A stretch of DNA of 64,000 bases. Source: an uncultured Verrucomicrobiae bacterium. Its GTDB lineage: Bacteria; Verrucomicrobiota; Verrucomicrobiia; Limisphaerales; UBA1100. Below, one piece after another: positions 18,188 through 30,324 of this stretch. The notes beneath the pieces were generated by a model, which had not been told where the DNA came from, did no database searches, and saw nothing but the letters and a program-made list of their open reading frames with translations. Positions within the stretch are counted from its first letter, which is position 1; each line of letters starts with the position of its first letter. Location: the NCBI GenBank assembly GCA_937775205.1, contig CALKBX010000026.1, positions 28,475-92,474 on the forward strand. Reading direction: 5' to 3'. The position numbers were made by a program, and so were the translations under genes.

Positions 18188-19664
18188 ATGCGCGCCGTTG
18201 GTTTCATACTGGTGTTTGTGGTGACGGTCAGCGTGGCCGCCGCAGATTTGTCGGCCCTTCGCAAACAAGCTGCAGAGGGCAAAGCGGCGGCTCAGTATCA
18301 ATTGGGTGAACTTTTATATGAAGCCCGCAAAGTGGCGCGCGATTTGGATGCCGCCCGCCGATGGACCACCCAAGCCGCTGAACAAGGCCATGCCCGCGCC
18401 CAATACCGCCTCGCCTCTATGCAACTGCTGGGCGAAGGCGGCCCGCGCGATGTAAAGGCAGGAATGGCGCTGTTCAAAAAATGTTTACCCGCGCTGACCA
18501 AAGAATCCGAAGCGGGGCAGGCCGATGCGCAGGGCAAGCTTGGCTTTCTTTTCGCGCATGGTGTAGGGGTAAAACAGGATGCCGCCGCCGCCGCGCAGTG
18601 GTTTTCCAAAGCTGCAAAGCAGGGCAACATCAAGGCTCAGGCCGATTTGGCCAGCGCGTATCTTGACGGGGCAGGGGTTTAGGGCTAATCCCACCGAGGC
18701 CGGTCGCTGGTTCACCCTTGCTGCCAAGGCAGGGTACGGGCCGGCAATGATTCCTCTTGCAACGTTGGAATTGCAGGGACTCGGCCGTCGGCAAAATCTG
18801 AAGGCAGGCAAACAATGGTTGATGAAAGTTGCTGCCTTGAACCATCCCATGCTATTCTCAACATGCGCGAAACCTTGATTGGAACGATTGGCCCGAGCAG
18901 AAACCGCAAGGAGTTGCCGGACATGGATGCAGTTAATTGCCCGTGCCGGAAAAGGTGAGAGTCGATGCCCAGTTGGAACTGGCCCGCCGCCACGAAATCG
19001 GCGCAGGGCTTCCGGTGGATTCCGCTCAAACCAGTTGCGTGGTACCTCCGTGCCATCCGGTTGGGCTCGCCAGAAGCTGCTCATCGTCTGGGCGGCATGT
19101 TTGCTCTGGGGCGGGGAGTGAAAAAAGGATTCCGTACGCGCAGGACGTTTTTGGAGTCTCTCCGCCCGATTGGGTTATCCCGCCGCGCAGATTGACTGGG
19201 GCGTGATGTGCGCCAAAGGCGAAGGCACCCCGCGCGATCCGGCTGAGGCTTATTACTGGTTTGTCGTCGCCCGCCAATCCGTGAGCGACCCCAAACAAAT
19301 TGCAACCCTCGACCAGTTGCAAGCCCTCGTCTCCACCGAGCTGACGCCGGACGAGGTGTTTGACATCCCGCCGGTCGCCGGAAAATTCATTGCCCCCAAA
19401 TCCCCCGCACTCCGCAAGGTCATGGCACTGGCGGAATACGGCGATGGCGCGTCACAGTTTGAATTGGCTCAAGCCCTGGCCGAGGGCACGGGCTTGCAAA
19501 AAGATTCAGCGGCGGCCTTCGTGTGGTTTTCGCTGGCGGCAAAACAAAAAGTAAAAAATGCCGCCAATGCCCGGGAAGCACTGAAGATTTCAGAAAAAGA
19601 AAAATCCACCGCGCAGAAAAAAATTAAAGCCTTCAAACCATTGTCCGCGCCGGAGGGGGGATGA
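18188..19664 (+). pseudogene. Second Sel1-repeat protein, fragmented by at least 4 (probably 6) frame changes
   Basis: Sel1 repeats continue across ORFs 18188..18682, 18579..18878, 18879..19121, 18937..19206, 18965..19195 and 19170..19664 only if the frame is switched. The switch sites are about 18668-18677 (GGGG), about 18957-18961, 19028-19031 (AAA) and 19121-19126 (A6), plus a possible compensating pair at about 18846-18920 or a TGA at 18876-18878. Confidence 0.7.
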
Positions 19665-19682
19665 TGTGCTGCCGGCAGCACT

Positions 19683-22193
<2,511 letters not shown>

Positions 22194-22197
22194 AAAT

Positions 22198-22228
22198 CAA
22201 GCCGCAAGACAGGCGTGGTTGCGGCTTG
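22198..22228. promoter_or_regulatory. Perfect 10-bp inverted repeat (CAAGCCGCAA-N11-TTGCGGCTTG) in the divergent region between the kinase and the membrane operon
   Basis: Read directly from the sequence. The arms are 22198-22207 and 22219-22228. It may be an operator or a 5'-UTR hairpin; the role is unknown. Confidence 0.3.
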
Positions 22229-22295
22229 CATTCGGGTATGGTTTCCCTATGATGCGCGGCCCATTTGGCCTGACTTTGCTGATTATACTTAACTT

Positions 22296-24092
22296 ATGCG
22301 GCAGATACCCATCATAGCGTTTAACGCGTTTATGGAATTGATTCGGCAGCCGGTTTTCCTGCTGTTGTTTTCCGTTTCTGTAATCATGTGCCTTTTGTTG
22401 GCTGCTTCGCCCTATTTCGGATTTGGCGGCACGGGGCTCAACGTGGTTAATTTCGACGTGAAGATGGTGAAGGACGGCGCGTTGACTGTGATGCTGCTTT
22501 CGGGATTGTTCGCGGCGGTCATTTGCGCATCTTCATCCTTGGCGCGAGAAATCACTTCGGGCACGGCGCTGGTGGTGCTGTCCAAACCGGTGGGCCGGAT
22601 GCATTTTGTGTTGGGCAAATATCTCGGCGTAGCCGCGGCCCTCACAGTGGGCACATATTTGAATCTGATCGCGGTGCTGTTGGCCAGCCGAATGGGCTAT
22701 GATGCTTATGGCAATCCGGACATCGTCGGCGTCATCACCATCCTTGGGTTTATGGCGTTGGCTTATGTGGCGGCGGGTTTTCTGAATTATTTTTTGCACA
22801 AACCTTTTGTGCCCACGGCGGTGACGTTATTAGTGGTACTATTGACTCTGGGCTTCCTCACGGTGTGCGCGCAGGATAAATCGCGCGCTTGGTGGTTGGT
22901 GGATTCAGGGGAAGGGATGACGGCGGGGTTCAGCGAAATCTGGGTGTTCACGGATTCAGCGGGTCTGGGCCAGGAGGGCGAGGCTTTGGATGCTTCTGAA
23001 AAGGCGGACTTCGCCGAGGGGGTGGACTGGGGTATGGCGCGGCTGGCATTGTTGATATTGTTTGCCCTGTGGTTGCTTTCGGCGCTGGCGTTAATGTGTT
23101 CCACACGGCTTTCCTGGTTGCCCACGTTATCAATTTGTTCGGGCTTACTATTATTGGGACTAATGTCGGATTATTTATTGGGAGGCTTGGCGAGTGGCGG
23201 CGGGGTGATTCAACAGGGGGATTATGTGATTTGGCGGCCGCCGGGCGATCAGCCGGGTACGCACAATTTGTTTCGCCTCAAGCCCCGCGGCGTACGGAGG
23301 CTGGCGGGCATGGAATTTTTGGTCCGCGTAAACGTGAACGGCCCTCCCACGCCCGAGGAGGATCGGCTGAAAAACGGGATGCTCACGCTGGATGCACAGG
23401 TTTCGACCAATCAAGTGCAGATTTCCTATGAGCAAATTAAGACGCAAATTGATGAATCCCTGAAATTGCGTTGGAACAAGCCATTAGAGCAGGAAATGAT
23501 TGAGATAGGGCGACTGCTCTTGCCCGGGGAATTTCCGGGTAACTCGATGGATGTGACGTTGTTGGGCCAAATTCACACCAAAATCGAGGAACAAGAAGCC
23601 GTGCTTGAGCGGGACGAAACCAAGCAGGAATTGCTGCTCGATTACCGTGTGCTGCATGATCAAGTCCGCACCCGGGTTGTTCCCGGCCACTTGGCACTGT
23701 GGTTTATGCCCGAGCAGGGCACGATAACCAAATGGGATTCGGCGACCGAGACACCAAAAACCATCACTCGCGGCGCGGCCTGGGCGAAAATTCTTTACGT
23801 TTTAGTCCCAAACTGGCAGCTTTTTTGGCTTTCCGATTCCGTGGGCGTGGAAGAAGAAACCATGAGCAGCCGCCGCTCGGACGAAGCGGCCAAGGCGGCG
23901 GCCCGCAAAGCGGGAGCGGTGGAAATTGGCCAGCCCAAAAGCTCGCGGGTTTTGAAGCGGGCGGATGTAAAGTATCGGGAAGGCCGGGTGCCAATGAAAT
24001 ATATTGGGACGGCATTTTTATATGTAATTGCCTATATCAGCATCATGCTCTCAGGAGCGCTGATGCTTTTTGAAAATCGCGAATTAGCCTGA
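22296..24092 (+). CDS. ABC-2/NosY-like permease with a large inserted soluble domain and a C-terminal TM helix
   Basis: 598 aa. The motif SSLAREITSGTALVVLSKPVGRMHFVLGKYLG is typical of NosY-type ABC-2 permeases. About 7 TM segments are followed by a roughly 250-aa hydrophilic region. Confidence 0.65.
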   Translation: MRQIPIIAFNAFMELIRQPVFLLLFSVSVIMCLLLAASPYFGFGGTGLNVVNFDVKMVKDGALTVMLLSGLFAAVICASSSLAREITSGTALVVLSKPVGRMHFVLGKYLGVAAALTVGTYLNLIAVLLASRMGYDAYGNPDIVGVITILGFMALAYVAAGFLNYFLHKPFVPTAVTLLVVLLTLGFLTVCAQDKSRAWWLVDSGEGMTAGFSEIWVFTDSAGLGQEGEALDASEKADFAEGVDWGMARLALLILFALWLLSALALMCSTRLSWLPTLSICSGLLLLGLMSDYLLGGLASGGGVIQQGDYVIWRPPGDQPGTHNLFRLKPRGVRRLAGMEFLVRVNVNGPPTPEEDRLKNGMLTLDAQVSTNQVQISYEQIKTQIDESLKLRWNKPLEQEMIEIGRLLLPGEFPGNSMDVTLLGQIHTKIEEQEAVLERDETKQELLLDYRVLHDQVRTRVVPGHLALWFMPEQGTITKWDSATETPKTITRGAAWAKILYVLVPNWQLFWLSDSVGVEEETMSSRRSDEAAKAAARKAGAVEIGQPKSSRVLKRADVKYREGRVPMKYIGTAFLYVIAYISIMLSGALMLFENRELA

Positions 24093-24093
24093 C

Positions 24094-26115
24094 ATGGATA
24101 ACATTAATAAAACCGGCGGACTTTGGAATGTGGTAATCAGTCTGGGCGCCACGGTGATGGCAGTGGGATTGGCACTGGTCACCGGATCCATCACAGCACT
24201 GGCTGTGGCCATCTTAATGAGTCTGGGCTTCTTGGTCAGCGTGGCGAGCCTGTTGCACATGCACCTTGTCGAACGCGAAGGGCAGGAGGATTTGGAAGTG
24301 AGCGCCATTCAAACCGGGCGCGGCGGCGAGACCCTGTTTAAAGAGGGCGAAGTGTTGCCCGCCAAGCGGTCACGTGAACAATTTGAGCGGTGGGGCGTGC
24401 CGGTCGTTGCCATCCTCCTGCTCGGATTGCAGGGTTTAGGCGTTTATCATCTGGCGGCCAACAAGCTGGCCGTGGTTTATGAAAACCTCGCCGCGGGCAA
24501 GTCGGTACATTTGGTGAGCCAAATGTATCTGGGGCTGGCCGGCTCGGCACTGCTGGCGGTGATCTTGTTTGTGCGCGGCCAATTCGCCTCCAACCTCGCG
24601 AGGATTCAGCGCGATCGACTTCTGCAGCCGGCTTCCGATTCGATTCTGTTTTCCGCTTATCTATTATTCGTTTTGGCGGCCGTGATGGCGGTGAGTTTCC
24701 GGGAGCAACGCATTGATGCCTGGGTGGGCACGGTGATGGCTTGCCTGATGGCAGTGCTGGTGCTGGAAAATTTGCTGAGTATGATTTTTGAGATTTATCG
24801 TCCGCGCGTCAGCGGTCGAAAGGGCCGGTTGCTATACCAAAGCCGATTGGTGGGATTGATCGCCAAACCGGAGAATCTATTTACCACGGCCGGCAAAGTG
24901 CTGGATTATCAATTTGGCTTCAAAGTTTCCGAAACGTGGGGCTATCAATTCCTGCGCGAACGCTTGGGCGTATTGGTGGGGGTGCAGATTATTATCTTTT
25001 GGCTGTCCACCAGCGTGGTGATTATCGAACCCTCCGAACGCGGGCGTAAGCTCGACATTTTGGCTGGGAGCAACAGCCAGGCCCAATGGCTCGACCCCGG
25101 CATTCATTTCAAACTCCCCTGGCCCTTTGCCGATGTGGAACGGTATCATCCCGATCAGGTGCATAGTTTTTATGTAGGGCTCGAGCCAGATGAGAACGCG
25201 GATGATAGCGGGGCCCGCCTGTGGCTCAAACGCGCCGGCAAGGATTACGAGAGCCTCCAGAAAACAGGAGAACTTTATTTCCCCACCGGCAGCGGAGATG
25301 AATCCGGCGCGGCAAATTTGGTCGTTCCTAGTATCCCGGTACATTACCGGATATACGAAGTCTCCCCCGAGAATCGCAAGAATCTTGAGAATCGCAAGAA
25401 TCTTGAGAATCGCAAGAATCTTGAGAGTGGGTGGTTGAACTTTTCCGATCCCGAAGGGGTTTTAAAAAATCTCGCCTACCGGGAAGTCTCCCGATATTTC
25501 CTTGGCGATACCATGGGCAATCTATTGCGCGCTGGCCGTGAACAAGCTATCGTGGAAATTAAGAAAAACCTTCAGGCAAGCGTGGATGTCAAGGGGCTGG
25601 GGGTGGAAATCCTTTACGTGGGATTAGCGGATTTGCGGCCACCGGCAGAGTCGCCCAGCCTCGTGGCCGCGGGCGGGCCGAATGAAAAAGACGAGATGGA
25701 TCCCGGTGCCGAGCGGCACAGCCAAATTCCCGTGGCTATGGCGTTTGAAAGTTATTTAATCGCGGGAATTTCCAAGTGGAAAATTGAATATTTGGCCAAT
25801 TCGCTTAAGCAGCAAATTGAATCCGTGCAAACCAACGAAGTGGAAACCATTCTGCATAATGCGAACATGGAGGCGAAGGCAAAAATACAAATGGCCGAGG
25901 CCAGAATGAACAGCAGTCGTTTGCAAAATAACCCCTTCCGCAACGCACCCTTCATATATCCCATTTGGCTGCAGATGAGAATGTTTGAACGTTCCCTCAC
26001 CCACGCCCGAAAATTTGTTGTGGTCGTGAAAAATGCCGAAATCACCTCGGATATTGACCTCAAGGAAACCATCCGGCGGGGAATGCTGGAGGTCGAGGTG
26101 CCCGACAATAAATAA
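24094..26115 (+). CDS. Polytopic membrane protein with a C-terminal SPFH/band-7 (HflK/C-like) domain
   Basis: 673 aa. Several N-terminal TM helices, then WLDPGIHFKLPWPFADVERY (an SPFH start motif) and an HflK/C-like coiled-coil tail. It starts 1 nt after the previous stop. Confidence 0.7.
   Translation: MDNINKTGGLWNVVISLGATVMAVGLALVTGSITALAVAILMSLGFLVSVASLLHMHLVEREGQEDLEVSAIQTGRGGETLFKEGEVLPAKRSREQFERWGVPVVAILLLGLQGLGVYHLAANKLAVVYENLAAGKSVHLVSQMYLGLAGSALLAVILFVRGQFASNLARIQRDRLLQPASDSILFSAYLLFVLAAVMAVSFREQRIDAWVGTVMACLMAVLVLENLLSMIFEIYRPRVSGRKGRLLYQSRLVGLIAKPENLFTTAGKVLDYQFGFKVSETWGYQFLRERLGVLVGVQIIIFWLSTSVVIIEPSERGRKLDILAGSNSQAQWLDPGIHFKLPWPFADVERYHPDQVHSFYVGLEPDENADDSGARLWLKRAGKDYESLQKTGELYFPTGSGDESGAANLVVPSIPVHYRIYEVSPENRKNLENRKNLENRKNLESGWLNFSDPEGVLKNLAYREVSRYFLGDTMGNLLRAGREQAIVEIKKNLQASVDVKGLGVEILYVGLADLRPPAESPSLVAAGGPNEKDEMDPGAERHSQIPVAMAFESYLIAGISKWKIEYLANSLKQQIESVQTNEVETILHNANMEAKAKIQMAEARMNSSRLQNNPFRNAPFIYPIWLQMRMFERSLTHARKFVVVVKNAEITSDIDLKETIRRGMLEVEVPDNK
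25369..25426 (+). repeat. 18-bp in-frame tandem repeat, 3.2 copies (GAGAATCGCAAGAATCTT), encoding (ENRKNL)3
   Basis: Three identical units at 25369-25386, 25387-25404 and 25405-25422, plus a partial GAGA, inside the SPFH gene. Confidence 0.9.
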
Positions 26116-26134
26116 TTAATCACTGGAAAATTAA

Positions 26135-27127
26135 ATGAAAAAAACAGTCAACATCATTATCTTCGGGCTCCTGCTGCTGATCTTCGGATCGTATATGTTT
26201 ACTTTTCAGGTGCGCCAGGATCAGATCGCCTTCGTCGATACGTTTGGCAAGACCAGCGAACCCATCGTCACTGCCGGCCTAAAATACAAATGGCCCTGGC
26301 CCATCCAGCGTGTGTACACCTTCGACAAACGTATCCACCTCAAGACCACCGATTATACCCAGATCACCACTGGGCAAGGCAGCCTGATTGTTCAGGCTTA
26401 TTTTTGCTGGCGCATTAGTAATCCCGGCGAGTTCATGAAAAAAGCCAAGGGCAGCACCGCCGAAGAGCGCCGCCGCAATGCCGAGGATAATTTGGAACGC
26501 GAAATTAAGGACGCCATCAGTGAGGTTTTCGGAGGGGAAGAAAATGTAACGGACAAATTGAGAGTGGATGACATTATTGACGGTGAGTCTGGCAATCCGA
26601 AAGGGAATACATTCGAGAAACTTGAGGGCAAGATTCTGGATCTCGTCAAAGGCGCGAAGTCTGAGCAATACGGCATGGAGCTGACGTTTGTGGGAATTCG
26701 CCGTGTGGGGATTTCTCAAAACGCATTGGTTGCGGTTTTGGATACGATGGTTACCCAATGGACCAACAAAGCGTTTAGTCCGGTTCAAGAGGCCGAGAAT
26801 AAAGCGAAAAGTATTCGTGACCGAGCGATTAACGCGAGGGAAACCGCGCTAAAAACAGCCCGAAATGAGGCCAGCAGAATCATTTCTTCCGCCTCGGAAA
26901 AGGAAACTAAGATTTTCAGCCAAATGGAAAAAAAAGACGCCCGGCTTGCCGAGTTGTTGCTGAAACTCTCCACCATGGAAAAAGTGCTCGGCAAAGAGAC
27001 CACGCTGTTGCTGGACGAAAATGTGCCTTTTCTTGAGGCATTTAGCCCCGGGTTTTTCACCCGTGTTCCGGTGCCGGATTCAGACCCCGAATCGGAATCG
27101 GATGGTGAACCGGAATCTGAAAAATAA
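26135..27127 (+). CDS. SPFH/band-7 protein, HflC-like
   Basis: N-terminal anchor IIIFGLLLLIFGSYMF. FQVRQDQIAFVDTFGK...GLKYKWPWPIQRVYTFDKRIH matches the HflC-type start. Acidic C-terminal tail. Confidence 0.75.
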   Translation: MKKTVNIIIFGLLLLIFGSYMFTFQVRQDQIAFVDTFGKTSEPIVTAGLKYKWPWPIQRVYTFDKRIHLKTTDYTQITTGQGSLIVQAYFCWRISNPGEFMKKAKGSTAEERRRNAEDNLEREIKDAISEVFGGEENVTDKLRVDDIIDGESGNPKGNTFEKLEGKILDLVKGAKSEQYGMELTFVGIRRVGISQNALVAVLDTMVTQWTNKAFSPVQEAENKAKSIRDRAINARETALKTARNEASRIISSASEKETKIFSQMEKKDARLAELLLKLSTMEKVLGKETTLLLDENVPFLEAFSPGFFTRVPVPDSDPESESDGEPESEK

Positions 27128-27146
27128 CCCATAGCACAAATCGTTT

Positions 27147-28301
27147 ATGGAAGATAAAAAACAAAACCGCGATGGCCGCAATGCAATCGGCTCGGAAAAT
27201 GAGGCCGGCACGCGGGCGATGGATGAAGCGCTGCAAAGCAGCTTCACCATTCTGAAGCTCGTCATTGCTGTGCTTGCGGTGTACCTCGTCTTTTCAAATA
27301 CCTCGGCAGTGGAAGGAGACAGCGAGGGGGTCATTATTCTTCGCTTCGGCCAGCCGCACTCATCTTCCCCCAGTGATGTTTGGAAATCGGGCATCCGGTT
27401 TGCCATGCCGTATCCCCTGGAAGAACGGGTTCGGATCGCGCGCGAAACACCGCTCAAGACGGAATTTTTCAAATATGCTGCCATTGGGCAGCTGAGCATT
27501 GGCGAGAGCATGGCCAACCGCCCCGTCAATGCCGATCAGGATGGGTATGTGCTCACCCGCGACAACAAGATTCTGCATATCACGGCTACCTTGAACTATA
27601 CGATACTGGAACCGTCAAAATATGTGTTTGAGTTTGCCGATGCGCAGGCGGTGTTGAAAGTCGCGCTGGAAAGCGCCATTACCCATGTGGCTTCGGAAAA
27701 CAAATTGGACGATATTTATGGGCGCACCGGAGATTTTTCTATCAAGGTTCGGGATCGCCTCAGCATTTTGGCGAACGAATACGGGCTTGGGGTTCGCATC
27801 AAGAGTGTGAACGTGAGTAATGCCGATGTGGAACTCCCCTTTCAGGTTCGCAAGGCCCGGGGGCAACTTGAAGGTTCCGCCGGCAAGGTCAAACGGATTC
27901 TGTCTGAGGCGAATCAGACCGCCGAGCGAATCCGCAAAGAGTATTCCTATGATGCTAGTAACACTAACGCCCTCGGCGAAGTGGCCACCATCATCAATAA
28001 TGCCCACAGCGAAGCCAATGCCCGCGTGGCCCGCGTGGATGCACTTTGGGAGCGCTTCCTCAGCATTCACGGCGGTAAAGATGGGCAGCCCGTGCGGTCG
28101 GCCGAATCGAAGCGCCTCGCCTTGCAACGCCATTATTATACGGTGATCAACCGCTTGATGGAGGAGTCGGACATCAAAGTATACTACATTGCCTCACGGC
28201 CCGATGGCTCCAAGCAAAAAATCCACCTGCAAATAAACCCCAAACCGCCCTCGCCAAAACCCTCGGCCTTAGATGCCGCCGGCGGTTCCTCCGGCCAATA
28301 A
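27147..28301 (+). CDS. SPFH/band-7 protein, HflK-like
   Basis: TM helix ILKLVIAVLAVYLVF, then VIILRFGQP...GIRFAMPYPLEERV and a long helical C-terminus. Confidence 0.7.
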   Translation: MEDKKQNRDGRNAIGSENEAGTRAMDEALQSSFTILKLVIAVLAVYLVFSNTSAVEGDSEGVIILRFGQPHSSSPSDVWKSGIRFAMPYPLEERVRIARETPLKTEFFKYAAIGQLSIGESMANRPVNADQDGYVLTRDNKILHITATLNYTILEPSKYVFEFADAQAVLKVALESAITHVASENKLDDIYGRTGDFSIKVRDRLSILANEYGLGVRIKSVNVSNADVELPFQVRKARGQLEGSAGKVKRILSEANQTAERIRKEYSYDASNTNALGEVATIINNAHSEANARVARVDALWERFLSIHGGKDGQPVRSAESKRLALQRHYYTVINRLMEESDIKVYYIASRPDGSKQKIHLQINPKPPSPKPSALDAAGGSSGQ

Positions 28302-28321
28302 ATTGCCAATAATTATTAATT

Positions 28322-30310
28322 ATGTCTAACGACGACACTCAACAACTTGAAGCCGCTGAGGATGCGAAGGTCAAGCAGGCCGCCACCACGGTGAAGTATA
28401 TTTTCGTCGGCATCCTGTTCGTCATCAACGGCTTTCTCGCGGATTGGTTTCTCGGTTCCGAATCCAGCGTGGGCGACTTGAGCGCAATGATTGGCGCGTT
28501 CATTCTTGGCATCCGAATCTTTCGCACCACCATCCACGACCTGCGCCGAGGGCTGCTCACCACCAACGAGCTGGTGGCCATCGCGGTGTTGGCCACGTTC
28601 TCTTCAGGCGAATATCACGCCGCAGGCCTTGTGGCCTTCTTTATGTTGTTGGGTGAAATGATTGAAAGCCGCACAGCCTCCGGCGCTCGGGAAGCCATTC
28701 GCCGCCTGATGAAGCTGACGCCCACACGCGCCATTCGTCTCATCGCCGGCAAGGAAGAGGAAGTGGCCGCGTTGGATCTCGCAGTGGGCGATCGCATTCG
28801 TGTGCGACCCGGCGATAACGTGCCGGCCGATGGCGATATTCTCCTGGGCACAGGCTCGATTAACCAAGCCAACATCACTGGCGAATCGCTGCCGGTGGAC
28901 AAGGAACCCGGCGATAACGTTTTCCAGGGCACCATCAATCTTGACGGCATGCTCGAGGTGGAAGTCACCAAGGTGGGCGAACAAACAGAATTTGGCCGCG
29001 TGCGGGAATTGATTTTACAGGCGGCGCAATCCAAAACGCAGCTGATGAAAATCGTGGATCAGTACATGGGCTTTTACACCCCGTTGGTACTCGTCATCGG
29101 CGCGTTGGTTTGGGCCTTCACGCAGGATTTGAACCGCGTCATTTCCGTATTCATTGTGTCCAGCCCCGTGGCCTTCATTCTCGCTACGCCCACCGCGATG
29201 GTGGCGGCGGTGGCCACCGCATCACGCCTGGGCATTCTCATCAAACAGGTGAGCGATATCGAATTGGCCGCGCGGATCAATGCGTTTGTGTTTGATAAAA
29301 CCGGCACGATCACCACCGGCACCCTAACGGTCAGCCGCGTGATGCCAGTGGAAGGGGTGCAACGCTCGGAGCTATTGCTGGCCACGGCGGCTGCCGAGCA
29401 ATACAGCAATCACCCGACGGCCAAAGCCATTGGCACGTTGGCGGCTGAGGTGGGGCTCACCTTGCCCGAGCCAACAGATTTTAAGGAAATTGCAGGCAAA
29501 GGCGTGCAAGCCACGGTGGACGGCGCGAAAATTATGGTGGGCCGCGAAATGTGGCTGAATGAAAATGAAGTAACCGGCGACCTCAAAGGCTCGGTGGATA
29601 TTGATGAAGCGGCCGGGTTTAGCCTCGTATTTGTGAGCCGTGACGGGGAGTTCATTGGCTGGGTGGGAATGACCGATGAAATTCGCGCCGAGGCGGCAGA
29701 GTCGCTGGAAGGATTACGCAATGAAGGCGTGCGACGCTTGGCCATCGTGTCCGGCGACCGCACCCCCGTGGCCGAGCGCGTGGCCGCCGAGGTGGGCTGC
29801 GAGGAAGTGCGCGCGGAATGTTTGCCCGGCCAAAAAGTGGAATACGTTCAGGACATCCGCTCCAAGGGTTACAAGGTCGCCTTCGTGGGTGATGGCGTGA
29901 ATGACGCCCCGGCGCTCAAGGCGGGCGACATCGGCATCGCCATGGGCGCGGCAGGCAGTGACGTGGCCATCCAAAGTGCCACCATCGCGTTGATGAATAA
30001 TGACCTGCGGCGGCTGCCGTTTCTGGTACATCTCTCGCGCATGACGCGCAGTGTGATCAACCAGAATTTTATTTTTGGAATCCTGTTTGTGATTATTGGG
30101 CTGGTGTTGGCCGCGCTGAATTATATCACCCCTGTGCTGGCGGCGATGCTGAATGTGGCCGGTTCGTTAATCGTTGTTTTCAATAGCGCCCGGCTCGTGC
30201 GCGAGGGCGAGGAGTTTGATCCCTTCGAGGAAAAAGATGCCAACGCGCCGACACCGAAAGGCGGGGAAGAGCCCGATGAAGAACCCCAACTGACGGCCGA
30301 AGCGGCCTGA
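28322..30310 (+). CDS. P1B-like P-type ATPase with intact catalytic motifs but a degenerate transmembrane metal site (SPV in place of CPC), and no N-terminal metal-binding domain
   Basis: TGES (ITGESLPV), DKTGTITTG, HP (SNHPTAKAI) and GDGVNDAPAL are present. The TM4 segment FIVSSPVAFILATPTA aligns to the canonical ..ACPCA(L/F)..ATPTA. Confidence 0.9.
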   Translation: MSNDDTQQLEAAEDAKVKQAATTVKYIFVGILFVINGFLADWFLGSESSVGDLSAMIGAFILGIRIFRTTIHDLRRGLLTTNELVAIAVLATFSSGEYHAAGLVAFFMLLGEMIESRTASGAREAIRRLMKLTPTRAIRLIAGKEEEVAALDLAVGDRIRVRPGDNVPADGDILLGTGSINQANITGESLPVDKEPGDNVFQGTINLDGMLEVEVTKVGEQTEFGRVRELILQAAQSKTQLMKIVDQYMGFYTPLVLVIGALVWAFTQDLNRVISVFIVSSPVAFILATPTAMVAAVATASRLGILIKQVSDIELAARINAFVFDKTGTITTGTLTVSRVMPVEGVQRSELLLATAAAEQYSNHPTAKAIGTLAAEVGLTLPEPTDFKEIAGKGVQATVDGAKIMVGREMWLNENEVTGDLKGSVDIDEAAGFSLVFVSRDGEFIGWVGMTDEIRAEAAESLEGLRNEGVRRLAIVSGDRTPVAERVAAEVGCEEVRAECLPGQKVEYVQDIRSKGYKVAFVGDGVNDAPALKAGDIGIAMGAAGSDVAIQSATIALMNNDLRRLPFLVHLSRMTRSVINQNFIFGILFVIIGLVLAALNYITPVLAAMLNVAGSLIVVFNSARLVREGEEFDPFEEKDANAPTPKGGEEPDEEPQLTAEAA

Positions 30311-30324
30311 ATAATTTGCGGCTT

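Noticed and set aside
25369-25426. The 18-bp direct repeats as a possible CRISPR-like or regulatory array.
   Set aside because: The repeats are contiguous with no spacers, lie in frame inside a long ORF, and encode a simple peptide repeat.
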